Translations under genes and position numbers: made by a program
Shown: positions 28,681-37,358 of the stretch, one piece after another
How the letters are laid out: each line of letters begins with the position of its first letter
Position numbering within the stretch: the stretch's first letter is position 1
The notes under the pieces: generated by a model
The model's database searches: none
Seen by the model: the letters and a program-made list of their open reading frames with translations, nothing else
Told to the model about the DNA's origin: nothing
Source: a virus
Reading direction: 5' to 3' (one strand)
DNA: 64,000 nucleotides
Virus record (IMG/VR): IMGVR_UViG_3300023184_007611
Coordinates: 1-64,000 of that record

Positions 28681-29558
28681 TTTGGTTCTATATCTGGGAT
28701 ATCAGTAAGACTAGAGAACTTTTCTAATAAATCTGAATAAACGGCTAGGGCTTGGTTCCTAGCCGTATTTATTACTGGTTCTGGTTGTGTCTTAGAAAAG
28801 AAATTAATTACTGCTTGTGGATTTTTACCTGTTTCATAAAAAGCAATTAAATAATTATAAATTTTATCTTCTAAAGTACATGTATAAGTAATAGGTTTAC
28901 TTCTTAAAAATCTGTGTATCCATCCTAAAGCTGAATGACAATATACTTTACCGCCATTGTTTCTTACTTTTTCATGGATATAACCTTCTTCACCAGCAAA
29001 TCCGCTAAAGTTATTACTAAACTTTGGCCAATATTCTTTTTTCATTAAAAACATTGCAGTGCCATGCATTGGAATTTCAAAAACTTTTTGTAAAGGATTT
29101 TTAATTCTCCAAACACCAAAGAAATCTCCACGCCACTTTGCTTCCATATGAGTTGCAATAACATCTTTATTTTCATTTAAAAGTGGGCCACACCACATAT
29201 CTTTTTTAATTGTATTATTGTTAATTCCTTTTGAAATATAATCTATAGCACCATTTTGAAGAATAACATGGCTATCTAACAATAAGACATATTCACCATC
29301 TGCATGTTCAAAAACAGAGTTTTTAGCATGTGCTGGTCCTTTTCCTTTAGGCTGATGAACATATTTGCCTCCAACAATATTAACTAAATTATTTAAACCT
29401 TCTGTTTTTTTTGGATAATCATCTATTACTAGTATTTGAACATCGCTTCTGATTCTTGAATTTCCTAAATGATAAAGTCTTAGGGCACTAGCAGTCCAAA
29501 AGCTACCTTCTGCATCATCATGACAAGCCCAACCAATAGTTAATTTTATTTTTGACAT
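28677..29558 (-). CDS. GT2-like glycosyltransferase
   Basis: ILVIDD, GPAHAKN, LLLDSH, GFAGEEG. Confidence 0.8.
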   Translation of the reverse strand: MSKIKLTIGWACHDDAEGSFWTASALRLYHLGNSRIRSDVQILVIDDYPKKTEGLNNLVNIVGGKYVHQPKGKGPAHAKNSVFEHADGEYVLLLDSHVILQNGAIDYISKGINNNTIKKDMWCGPLLNENKDVIATHMEAKWRGDFFGVWRIKNPLQKVFEIPMHGTAMFLMKKEYWPKFSNNFSGFAGEEGYIHEKVRNNGGKVYCHSALGWIHRFLRSKPITYTCTLEDKIYNYLIAFYETGKNPQAVINFFSKTQPEPVINTARNQALAVYSDLLEKFSSLTDIPDIEPN

Positions 29559-29719
29559 AATTCCTTCTTAATAAGTTTATAATTATATTTTATCATTTTT
29601 AAAGATAAAATTCAAATATGTTGTAGATTCCTACTTTGTCAAATGTTATTTAAATTAATTTATTTGTATTTAATATAATATAATGTAAACAATCAAACAA
29701 ATGAAAGGTATTTTAAATT

Positions 29720-30676
29720 ATGTTTATTAAAAAAACCCATAAAGGATTTACATTAATAGAACTTTTAGTTGTAATTGCAATAATCGCAATTTTAATTGGA
29801 TTATTACTACCAGCAGTACAAAAAGTCCGTGAGGCTGCTGCCAAAATGCAATGTGCAAATAATTTAAAACAAATTGGACTTGCTATTCATTCTTATGTTT
29901 CAGCAAACAATGAAACTTTTCCAACTAGTACAAGGCCAGGCGGAGTTACAACATCACCAAGAATAAGCTGGGCAGTTGCAGTTTTACCATTTTTAGAACA
30001 AGACAATTTAGTTAAAACTTATGATTTTAAAACAAATTGGAGTTCTGCAACTAATTTACCAATTACAAAACAAGCAATTAAAATATTTCAATGCCCTGTA
30101 GCTCCTGATTCATCAAGGCTTGATGGTGATCCTCAAAATGGAACATGGGATATTGTTGCTACAACAGATTATGCAGCAATTACAGGAGTAAGTCCAATTG
30201 CTACAAATGTAAATACTTCAGGATTTGCAATACCTGGAATTATGGAAAAGAACAAAACAGTAAAAATATCATCTGTAATGGATGGTCTATCTAACACATT
30301 AGCTATTGTAGAATCTTCTGGTCGCCCTTTTTTATATAGAAAAGGTGTTAAAATTGGATCTGTTCCAGCAGTCAAAGTAAATGGTGGAGGTTGGTGTAGA
30401 CCTGCATCAGATTTAGACTTCATATCTTCTGATGCTACTGGAGCAACTTATCCTGGCAGTTGTGCTGTTAATTGTACAAATGGTTTTGATTATACATCTT
30501 ATAATATGGTTCCATTCGGAACTGAAGGTACTGGTCAACCTTATTCATTTCATACTAATGCTATAAATGCATTAATGGGAGATGGATCTGCAAGGACAAT
30601 TAATAGCAATATATTAATTAATATATTTGCTGCATTAGTTACAAGGGCAAATGGCGAAGTTATTGGTGATTTTTAA
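29720..30676 (+). CDS. DUF1559 Planctomycete-type prepilin-like protein
   Basis: KG|FTLIELLVVIAIIAILIGLLLPAVQKVREAA..C.NNLKQIGLA; C-terminal H-X9-DG (HTNAINALMGDG). Confidence 0.95.
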   Translation: MFIKKTHKGFTLIELLVVIAIIAILIGLLLPAVQKVREAAAKMQCANNLKQIGLAIHSYVSANNETFPTSTRPGGVTTSPRISWAVAVLPFLEQDNLVKTYDFKTNWSSATNLPITKQAIKIFQCPVAPDSSRLDGDPQNGTWDIVATTDYAAITGVSPIATNVNTSGFAIPGIMEKNKTVKISSVMDGLSNTLAIVESSGRPFLYRKGVKIGSVPAVKVNGGGWCRPASDLDFISSDATGATYPGSCAVNCTNGFDYTSYNMVPFGTEGTGQPYSFHTNAINALMGDGSARTINSNILINIFAALVTRANGEVIGDF

Positions 30677-30785
30677 GATTTAATTTCATAAAATTCAAAT
30701 AAAATATGATTTACTATTGTTAAATAAAATTTTTATGATATAAAAGGTTTAGTGTTTATTATCTTAGTATAAAGGAGAATATGCT

Positions 30786-31865
30786 ATGCAAGCTATGTTT
30801 ATGTTTTTAAGTCTAATAATTGGAACGGATACATTTTTAGATGAGGAACAAAAGAATGAAATTATTTCAATTCTTCCAAAGATTCAAGATTCAATTATAA
30901 ACTCTAGAATTAAGTCTGATTCTGTTTATTTTTATTCTGATAAAACTATGCCAAAAGCATATCAAGATTTTGAAGGAGCTTTGCGAGGCATTCATAGCCC
31001 TTCTTATAATATTTCAGCTAATTACAGTGAACCTTTTGGCAATGGAAATGTTGAATTTCCTTGGGGTAAACCTGCTGGAATGCATAGAGTAAAAAGCTTT
31101 TCAGAATTAAAATTTATTAATTTGCCTAATAATAAAAAAATTGAATATGAAAAAAATAATGATGGAAGTTATAACTGGGAATTTCCAGAAGACACTTTAA
31201 TTGGAGAGATTTTATTTGTTAAGCTTAAGGATGAACCAATTGTATTTGAAATTAGAACTAGAAGAAAGTTAGATGGAAAATGGAGGCCAAATGTTTTCAG
31301 GCCATTTCCAACTGTAGATGACTTGATTGATACTATTAAAAATCGTTGGCCTAATTATTCTGAGCTTGAAGATTTGAAAAAATTAATTGATCATCTTAAA
31401 AATAATGATTCTACAGTTACTCTTAAGCTAGAAGATGATCAACCTAATAAAGTATTTTCTTCAACAGCAGATATAGATTACTTGCCTAAAATTAACGATG
31501 AAAATGTATTTTTCTTACTTAAAAATACAACTTTTAAATCTTGCGTAGATAAATTTTGGAGAAATACTAAAAATCCTTCTGCTGCTCCTAGCACAAAGGA
31601 AGATTTTCATATAGTTCCTAAGAATTATGATGGTGCATTTATTAATGTAGATTCAAAAAGTTGTATGAAATGTCACGAAAATACAAATGATCATGTTAAT
31701 AAATTTGATTCTGGCAGGGATTGGTATGGTAGAATTCGTGGCAATGATGGAATATTTAGCTTTCATATTTTCGATAAAGATTGCATAAGCTATCAAGGAA
31801 CAGGAAGAGGAGTCAAGATAAATCAAAAGTTAATTGACTTAGATTTAATTAATCTGAAGCGATAG
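30786..31865 (+). CDS. Putative exported protein with a single CxxCH heme-binding motif
   Basis: Hydrophobic N-terminus; SCMKCH; AAGGAG RBS. Confidence 0.65.
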   Translation: MQAMFMFLSLIIGTDTFLDEEQKNEIISILPKIQDSIINSRIKSDSVYFYSDKTMPKAYQDFEGALRGIHSPSYNISANYSEPFGNGNVEFPWGKPAGMHRVKSFSELKFINLPNNKKIEYEKNNDGSYNWEFPEDTLIGEILFVKLKDEPIVFEIRTRRKLDGKWRPNVFRPFPTVDDLIDTIKNRWPNYSELEDLKKLIDHLKNNDSTVTLKLEDDQPNKVFSSTADIDYLPKINDENVFFLLKNTTFKSCVDKFWRNTKNPSAAPSTKEDFHIVPKNYDGAFINVDSKSCMKCHENTNDHVNKFDSGRDWYGRIRGNDGIFSFHIFDKDCISYQGTGRGVKINQKLIDLDLINLKR

Positions 31866-31873
31866 TACAAATA

Positions 31874-31904
31874 GAAAAAGGCCTCTAAATAAGAGGCCTT
31901 TTTC
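31874..31904. terminator. Bidirectional intrinsic terminator
   Basis: gaaaaaggcctct-aaata-agaggcctttttc between convergent genes. Confidence 0.9.
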
Positions 31905-31918
31905 AAATATTCAACAAT

Positions 31919-32146
31919 TTAATCGTCAATAATGCCAGCAACATTTAACAATGTTTCTGGTGTATCAGTAAAAGATCCACCATCAGCTACTGCTACATGC
32001 ATTACACTAACACCGCCACTATTAACAGTATTGACAACATTAACAGTGCGTTGTTTGGAAAGTCCATTAGAAACAGAAGTATCTAAGTAACTTTCGGTTC
32101 CGATATTGATTTCATCTGGAACAAGCTTTACTATAAAACTAGCCAT
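31919..32146 (-). CDS. 75-aa stand-alone domain, homolog of the N-terminus of 20069..20929
   Basis: LDTS..N..S.QRT and DG..F...P motifs shared; AAGGAG RBS. Confidence 0.8.
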   Translation of the reverse strand: MASFIVKLVPDEINIGTESYLDTSVSNGLSKQRTVNVVNTVNSGGVSVMHVAVADGGSFTDTPETLLNVAGIIDD

Positions 32147-32263
32147 AATTTCTCCTTTGTTTATAAACAGTTTAATTTAACCTTTGTTAACCAAGGTTAA
32201 GATTTATCTATTTAAAATAAATCTTACAATTATATATATTAATATAAATTTAAAAATATGATA

Positions 32264-32692
32264 TTATTTTAGCTTATCATTCCATATTTTTGAGTCTTCA
32301 ATAACATTAGGATTAAATTTATTCCAGTTTAATAAATGTCCGAATATAAAATGACAGTTCATTGTTTTATTTTGACATAATGGTATAAGATTATTTGGAT
32401 CTAGTTCTTTATTTTTATCTATATGAAAAGGAATTATATGATGGGCAGTTAAATTTTCTTTGCTTCCACATACTTTACAACATGGATTTCCTTCTAAAAA
32501 ATTATTTCTAACTGAACGCCATTTACCACTCCTCATAGAAAGAATAGTCTTTGCTTCAGCAATGTTAAATTTTATCATTTTTTTAGATGATAATAAATTC
32601 CATATTTCTGTAATTAAAGCATTAAAAAAGTTTGAAATTTTTAATATTATATAGATTAAAATAGCTTTTGTAAAATTAATTATTTTTTTCAT
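32264..32692 (-). CDS. HNH endonuclease
   Basis: CKVCG..LTAHHIIP..NLIPLC..CHFIFGH. Confidence 0.85.
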   Translation of the reverse strand: MKKIINFTKAILIYIILKISNFFNALITEIWNLLSSKKMIKFNIAEAKTILSMRSGKWRSVRNNFLEGNPCCKVCGSKENLTAHHIIPFHIDKNKELDPNNLIPLCQNKTMNCHFIFGHLLNWNKFNPNVIEDSKIWNDKLK

Positions 32693-32744
32693 GGTTCCTT
32701 TATAAATATATATTAGTTAATATTTTTAAAAAGGTTGAAATTAA

Positions 32745-32993
32745 ATGGATAATATAAATTTCAAGGATTGGTTGATAATGAAAGAAAATAAAAGAAAATT
32801 AATAAATTTAGATAAGACACCTAAAGCTCCAAAAGGTAAAAATGTAATTATTAAATTGGGAAAAGTTCAACCTGATACATTATTTAGTGATAGGGGACAT
32901 ATACATATAAAAAACGGTGGGGCACATGAAAAAACCCATACTAGAGGCGAAGAAAAGATAAAATGGAATAAAGATCAAGACTATTTAAAGTAA
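32745..32993 (+). CDS. Small basic protein with INFKDWL leader
   Basis: AAGG RBS; TATAAATA at 32701. Confidence 0.65.
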   Translation: MDNINFKDWLIMKENKRKLINLDKTPKAPKGKNVIIKLGKVQPDTLFSDRGHIHIKNGGAHEKTHTRGEEKIKWNKDQDYLK

Positions 32994-33601
32994 TAAATTT
33001 TTGCATCGCTTACAGACCAACTGCAAGGAACTTTGATTTCTTTAGTTCTTTTTACTTTTGAAAAATCGCAATTTTCAGGAAAACTAGTAAGAACAATAAT
33101 TGCATTTAAGTTTCTATTATTTGATATTTTATCCCATATTTTCACCATTGTTTTTTCATCAAAACAAGTTGATGCACTGTAAAAAATTGTACCATGCGAC
33201 ATGTCTAGATTTTTATTTAAAAAATTAAATCTGTAAAAATTTAATCTATTAGCTGTTACTTCATTTTTTTTAATTTTTTCTTTTATTTTTTCTGCTTGTG
33301 AAAATCTTGTTGTTGAAAATTCAACTCCATTAGATGATTTTACACATGTTTGATAATAAAATTGAGTTACTACTTTTCCACAACCACAGCCTAAATCAAA
33401 AAAAACATCATTTTTATCTATGAAAATATTATTAATAATATTAGAAACTCCTACTGGAAGAATTTCTCCATAAGTTGAAACAACATCATTTTTGTTTTTA
33501 AATTTATGTAAATTATTGTATGGATCATCAGCATCTAAAGAATAAGAGTTAATTCCTCTATATATAGATTTTATTTTTTTAATTGCTTGTTCTTTGTTCA
33601 T
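32981..33601 (-). CDS. DOT1-like SAM-dependent methyltransferase
   Basis: TYGE, DVFFDLGCGCGKVV, GVEF, STCF. Confidence 0.7.
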   Translation of the reverse strand: MNKEQAIKKIKSIYRGINSYSLDADDPYNNLHKFKNKNDVVSTYGEILPVGVSNIINNIFIDKNDVFFDLGCGCGKVVTQFYYQTCVKSSNGVEFSTTRFSQAEKIKEKIKKNEVTANRLNFYRFNFLNKNLDMSHGTIFYSASTCFDEKTMVKIWDKISNNRNLNAIIVLTSFPENCDFSKVKRTKEIKVPCSWSVSDAKIYYFK

Positions 33602-33612
33602 ATGTTCCTAAT

Positions 33613-34287
33613 TTAAATATTATAATTTTGAATGTTAGTATAACCACAATGGTTTTTTTGAATACAGATATCATCTATAGTTCCAAATATTTTTACTTCT
33701 TTTATATTTTTTGACATAAAATGATCTAATTGAATTTCTATTTTTTTGTGTATTTCTAAAAGCTTATTTGCTCCAAAGTTACTTAACAAATAAGCATGAG
33801 ATAATTGATGCGATGTTGGTATTAACAGGTCTTCATTAAAAGTTAAATAATTAGAAGTTGCTTGCCATCCAAGTAGAATTACTCCCCATTCAGCATTTAT
33901 TTTTTTTACGATATTAGCTGTGGTTTCAAGTAAGTTTTTTGGCACTGATGAATCATCTTCTAAAATAAGACAATAATCATCTTTTGATTTGGACTCTCTT
34001 AAAAATCTTTTCCAACATTTTAAGTGACTTAAATAGCAACCAATAGCACCTTCTGTAAGATCTTCGTGGAATTTTCTTTTTTTGTTCTTTATTGTTTCTT
34101 TTAATTCTTTAATTGTTTTTTTAGAAAGATGCTGTTTGTAATTTTTCCACAAATGCAATCTAGTATCAATCGCTTTTACAATAATAATTTTATCATCAAT
34201 ATTATTCCATTCTTTCAGAAATTCTTTTTTTCTGTCTGTGTTTTCTTCAAGATTAATTACATAAGCACCAGTATAATTAGCAATCAT
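33613..34287 (-). CDS. GT25-family glycosyltransferase
   Basis: YVINL...DRK, GAIGCYLSH, LILEDD, HAYLLS. Confidence 0.88.
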   Translation of the reverse strand: MIANYTGAYVINLEENTDRKKEFLKEWNNIDDKIIIVKAIDTRLHLWKNYKQHLSKKTIKELKETIKNKKRKFHEDLTEGAIGCYLSHLKCWKRFLRESKSKDDYCLILEDDSSVPKNLLETTANIVKKINAEWGVILLGWQATSNYLTFNEDLLIPTSHQLSHAYLLSNFGANKLLEIHKKIEIQLDHFMSKNIKEVKIFGTIDDICIQKNHCGYTNIQNYNI

Positions 34288-34430
34288 ATTATAATATATG
34301 CAGCATAATTACTTTTTTAGAATATAAAATAATTTAAATTTTAATGATTTTTTAGTATAAAAAAATTATTAATTGCAAGTAACTGCTAAACCTGATAAAT
34401 TTAACATAAGCGAAATTTAATTAAAAAATT

Positions 34431-34730
34431 TCATATATCATTTACACTTTCAATTTTAACAATTTCTAGTGTTTTAGGATTTTTACCAATATACATTTTT
34501 TTAATTTTTTCTGCTTCGATGCCAATTAAAATAAATTCATCCCCATGCTTTAAAGCTTGTTTAACATAAGGTATATGAATAGTTTTTTCTTTTAATTGTT
34601 TTTCTATATTATTAAAGTTTGAATCTGGAAGCATATTAGAATATATTTCAGTGTAATCAATAGTATTTACTCTGAAAGTTATTTTAGGTGTTGAGTTATA
34701 AATTAATCTTTTCAAAAATGCATCATTCAT
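34431..34730 (-). CDS. Stand-alone homolog of the N-domain of RCC1 protein 27301..28680
   Basis: PKITF.V.TI.Y.E.YS...PD.NFNNI; LK.GDEF.L.G.EA; TLEI shared. Confidence 0.8.
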   Translation of the reverse strand: MNDAFLKRLIYNSTPKITFRVNTIDYTEIYSNMLPDSNFNNIEKQLKEKTIHIPYVKQALKHGDEFILIGIEAEKIKKMYIGKNPKTLEIVKIESVNDI

Positions 34731-35374
34731 TATATTTTCTCATTTGAAATTGTTATAATTGATTCATCTATGTTATTTAACATTGAGTCTTTAAAAATTA
34801 TAGTGTGTTTTACAGGCCATTTAAAATTATTATAATCGGGGAAATTAATTTCTTGGAAGTCTGGGTTATCATGATTTTTATTTATTGTATTTATGAAATA
34901 AATCCAGTTATTTTTTTCATCTTTTATTTGACCGTCTATACTTAAAATTAATTTATTTTTCTTTTTATAATAATAAAGAAAAACATTTAAATAAAAATTT
35001 GGAATTAATTTAACTAGCATAAAATTATTACTTTTAAATCCAATTTCAAAATCTTTATAATGGCAGCTATAACAATAGTGATATCCATATGTCTTTCTCA
35101 TGTTTATAGGGACTACTATGTTTCTGTAATTAAATTTAACATACAGTTTTGGATATGTAAAAAAAGAATCGTAGTGCAGTTTATTTTTTAAATATATGCA
35201 CTTGTTGTTAATGACATCTACATACTTTTCTATCGCAACTATACTATCAATTTTTTCTAATATTATATCTGTTTTTTCTTTTTTTATTTTTTCATTTTCT
35301 TTTTCTAAGATATTTATTTTATCTTGTAAATCTTTATTTGTTAAAATTTCTTTTTTTTTATTATTATCTTGCAT
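34730..35374 (-). CDS. Hypothetical protein
   Basis: ORF with AAGGA RBS. Confidence 0.6.
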   Translation of the reverse strand: MQDNNKKKEILTNKDLQDKINILEKENEKIKKEKTDIILEKIDSIVAIEKYVDVINNKCIYLKNKLHYDSFFTYPKLYVKFNYRNIVVPINMRKTYGYHYCYSCHYKDFEIGFKSNNFMLVKLIPNFYLNVFLYYYKKKNKLILSIDGQIKDEKNNWIYFINTINKNHDNPDFQEINFPDYNNFKWPVKHTIIFKDSMLNNIDESIITISNEKI

Positions 35375-35383
35375 TTTAAATCC

Positions 35384-35800
35384 TTAATTAAATATTATTT
35401 TTACGCTGGCATTTCCTTTTTTTTCGGCAATCTCATAAAAACAACAATTTATAACAAGTGAATTTTTTTCTTTTAAGCTTTTAATTAAATAATATTTAAC
35501 TTTTAAGTTTGTATTTTCTTCTACTGTGGTTTCTAAGCTAAAATCTTTATTCTTTTTTTCGTGGTTAGCGAAAAAACAAATCCCAACTTTTTTCTCATTT
35601 ATTACAAAAAAACTCAATCCTATTGCTATTTTTTTAATTGGAATGTTGAGTATTTTGAATTTTTCTAAATTTTCAAATTCGGAATAATAATAAAAAGAAT
35701 TTATTTTATGATTTAATTTACTTTTTACCAATCTAAATTTAAAATCATTAATTTCTATATCAAAAAAATTTTTTATAAATTTCTTAATCATACTTAGCAT
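35384..35800 (-). CDS. Hypothetical protein
   Basis: ORF in a co-directional run. Confidence 0.55.
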   Translation of the reverse strand: MLSMIKKFIKNFFDIEINDFKFRLVKSKLNHKINSFYYYSEFENLEKFKILNIPIKKIAIGLSFFVINEKKVGICFFANHEKKNKDFSLETTVEENTNLKVKYYLIKSLKEKNSLVINCCFYEIAEKKGNASVKIIFN

Positions 35801-36030
35801 TGCTTTCTTAATATTTCTCTTTTGGTTATTTATTTAAAATTCTTAAATTTTACTAATAATTAATAAAATCTATGTAATAAATTAGCTATTCTAATTAAAT
35901 TATAAATTAATCGTTAAAACATTTAAATTACATTTTAATAAAAATTTTTTAAATTAAGTAAATTGCTTCGATAATTAAGTTGCATTATTTTTATTTTTTT
36001 ATATTTTGATAAGCAACAAGGAGTTTAATT

Positions 36031-36891
36031 ATGAATGATGCAGGAAATAGTTCGGAAATTAAATATTTAGAAATGCTTAAAAAAATCATGGAAGAGGGAG
36101 TGTTGTGTCATAATAGAACTGGCATAGATACGCTTGCAATACCTCATGTTTTATTCCAACATGATATGAGTCAGGGATTTCCATTATTTACAACAAAGAA
36201 AATGCATTTTAATTCAGTGAAAGTAGAGTTAGAGTTTTTTATAAAAGGAATGCATGATAAACAATGGTTACAAGATCGCAAATGCAATATTTGGAATGAA
36301 TGGTGTTCACCAAAATTAATTCCACAAGGATTAAATGAAGAGCAAAGAAAAGAATATCAATTAAAAGAAAGAGAGTTAGGACCAATTTATGGTGTTCAAT
36401 GGCGTAATTTTAATAATGAAGGATATGATCAACTAAAGAAAATAGTCGATACTTTAAAAAACAATCCAGATGACCGAAGAATGATTTGTTCAGCTTGGAA
36501 TCCCTTGCAAATTGATTCAATGGCATTACCACCATGTCATTTTGTTTGGGTTCTAACCAAAATAGGTAAAAAAATTAATTTATCCTTTCATATGCGTAGC
36601 GTAGATACATTTCTTGGCTTGCCATTCAATATTGCTTCTTATGCTTTATTGTTACATTTATTGGCTAAAGAAAGCGGTTTAGAAGAAGGAATTGTTTCTG
36701 GATACTTAGACAATGTTCATTTGTATACTAACCATTTGGAAGCAGTTAAAAAACAGGTTTCTAGAATTCCATATAAATATCCAAAAATTGAAACTAGTAA
36801 TTTTAAATCAATTTTTGATTGGTCATATGAAGATACATTTTTAAACGATTACATCCACCATGATCCTATTAGAGCACAGGTTGCCATATGA
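36031..36891 (+). CDS. thyA: Thymidylate synthase
   Basis: NRTG, FPLFTTKK, LGPIYGVQWR, RRMICSAWNP, MALPPCH, RSVD.FLGLPFN, HLY.NH. Confidence 0.98.
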   Translation: MNDAGNSSEIKYLEMLKKIMEEGVLCHNRTGIDTLAIPHVLFQHDMSQGFPLFTTKKMHFNSVKVELEFFIKGMHDKQWLQDRKCNIWNEWCSPKLIPQGLNEEQRKEYQLKERELGPIYGVQWRNFNNEGYDQLKKIVDTLKNNPDDRRMICSAWNPLQIDSMALPPCHFVWVLTKIGKKINLSFHMRSVDTFLGLPFNIASYALLLHLLAKESGLEEGIVSGYLDNVHLYTNHLEAVKKQVSRIPYKYPKIETSNFKSIFDWSYEDTFLNDYIHHDPIRAQVAI

Positions 36892-37349
36892 ATAAATTAT
36901 TTAATATTATTGCTGCGATGGATTTTAATCATGGCATTGGATATAAAGGAAAATTACCTTGGGATATTAAAGGTGATTTAAAGTTTTTCAAGGAAATAAC
37001 TAAAACCAACCCTTTGATAATGGGAAGAAAAACTTGGGAATCTCTACCAGTAAAACCTTTGCCAAATAGAGAAAATATAGTTATTTCAAAAAGTTACAAA
37101 ATAAATTCTCTTCAAAAGGCTCTGGATTATTGTTGGGATAAAAACCAAATTCCTTTTATTATTGGTGGTTCATCAATTTACCAAGAAGCAATAAATCATC
37201 CAAGTTTAGATGGTTTGTTTTTAACTTTAATTCATGGATGTCACAAAGCAGATGTATTTTTTCCAGTAATACCAGAGAATTTAAAAATAATGTCTGGAGA
37301 ACATTATTTTAGGTATTCTATATTTACTTTTGTTAACAAAATCAATTAA
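36888..37349 (+). CDS. folA: Dihydrofolate reductase
   Basis: GIG..GKLPW...DLKFFK, IMGRKTWES, PLPNRENIVIS, IIGG. Confidence 0.96.
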   Translation: MNKLFNIIAAMDFNHGIGYKGKLPWDIKGDLKFFKEITKTNPLIMGRKTWESLPVKPLPNRENIVISKSYKINSLQKALDYCWDKNQIPFIIGGSSIYQEAINHPSLDGLFLTLIHGCHKADVFFPVIPENLKIMSGEHYFRYSIFTFVNKIN

Positions 37350-37358
37350 ATTTTTTAA

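Noticed and set aside
35801-36030. Very AT-rich intergenic stretch as a replication origin
   Set aside because: No iterons or other structure seen; explained by divergent promoters.
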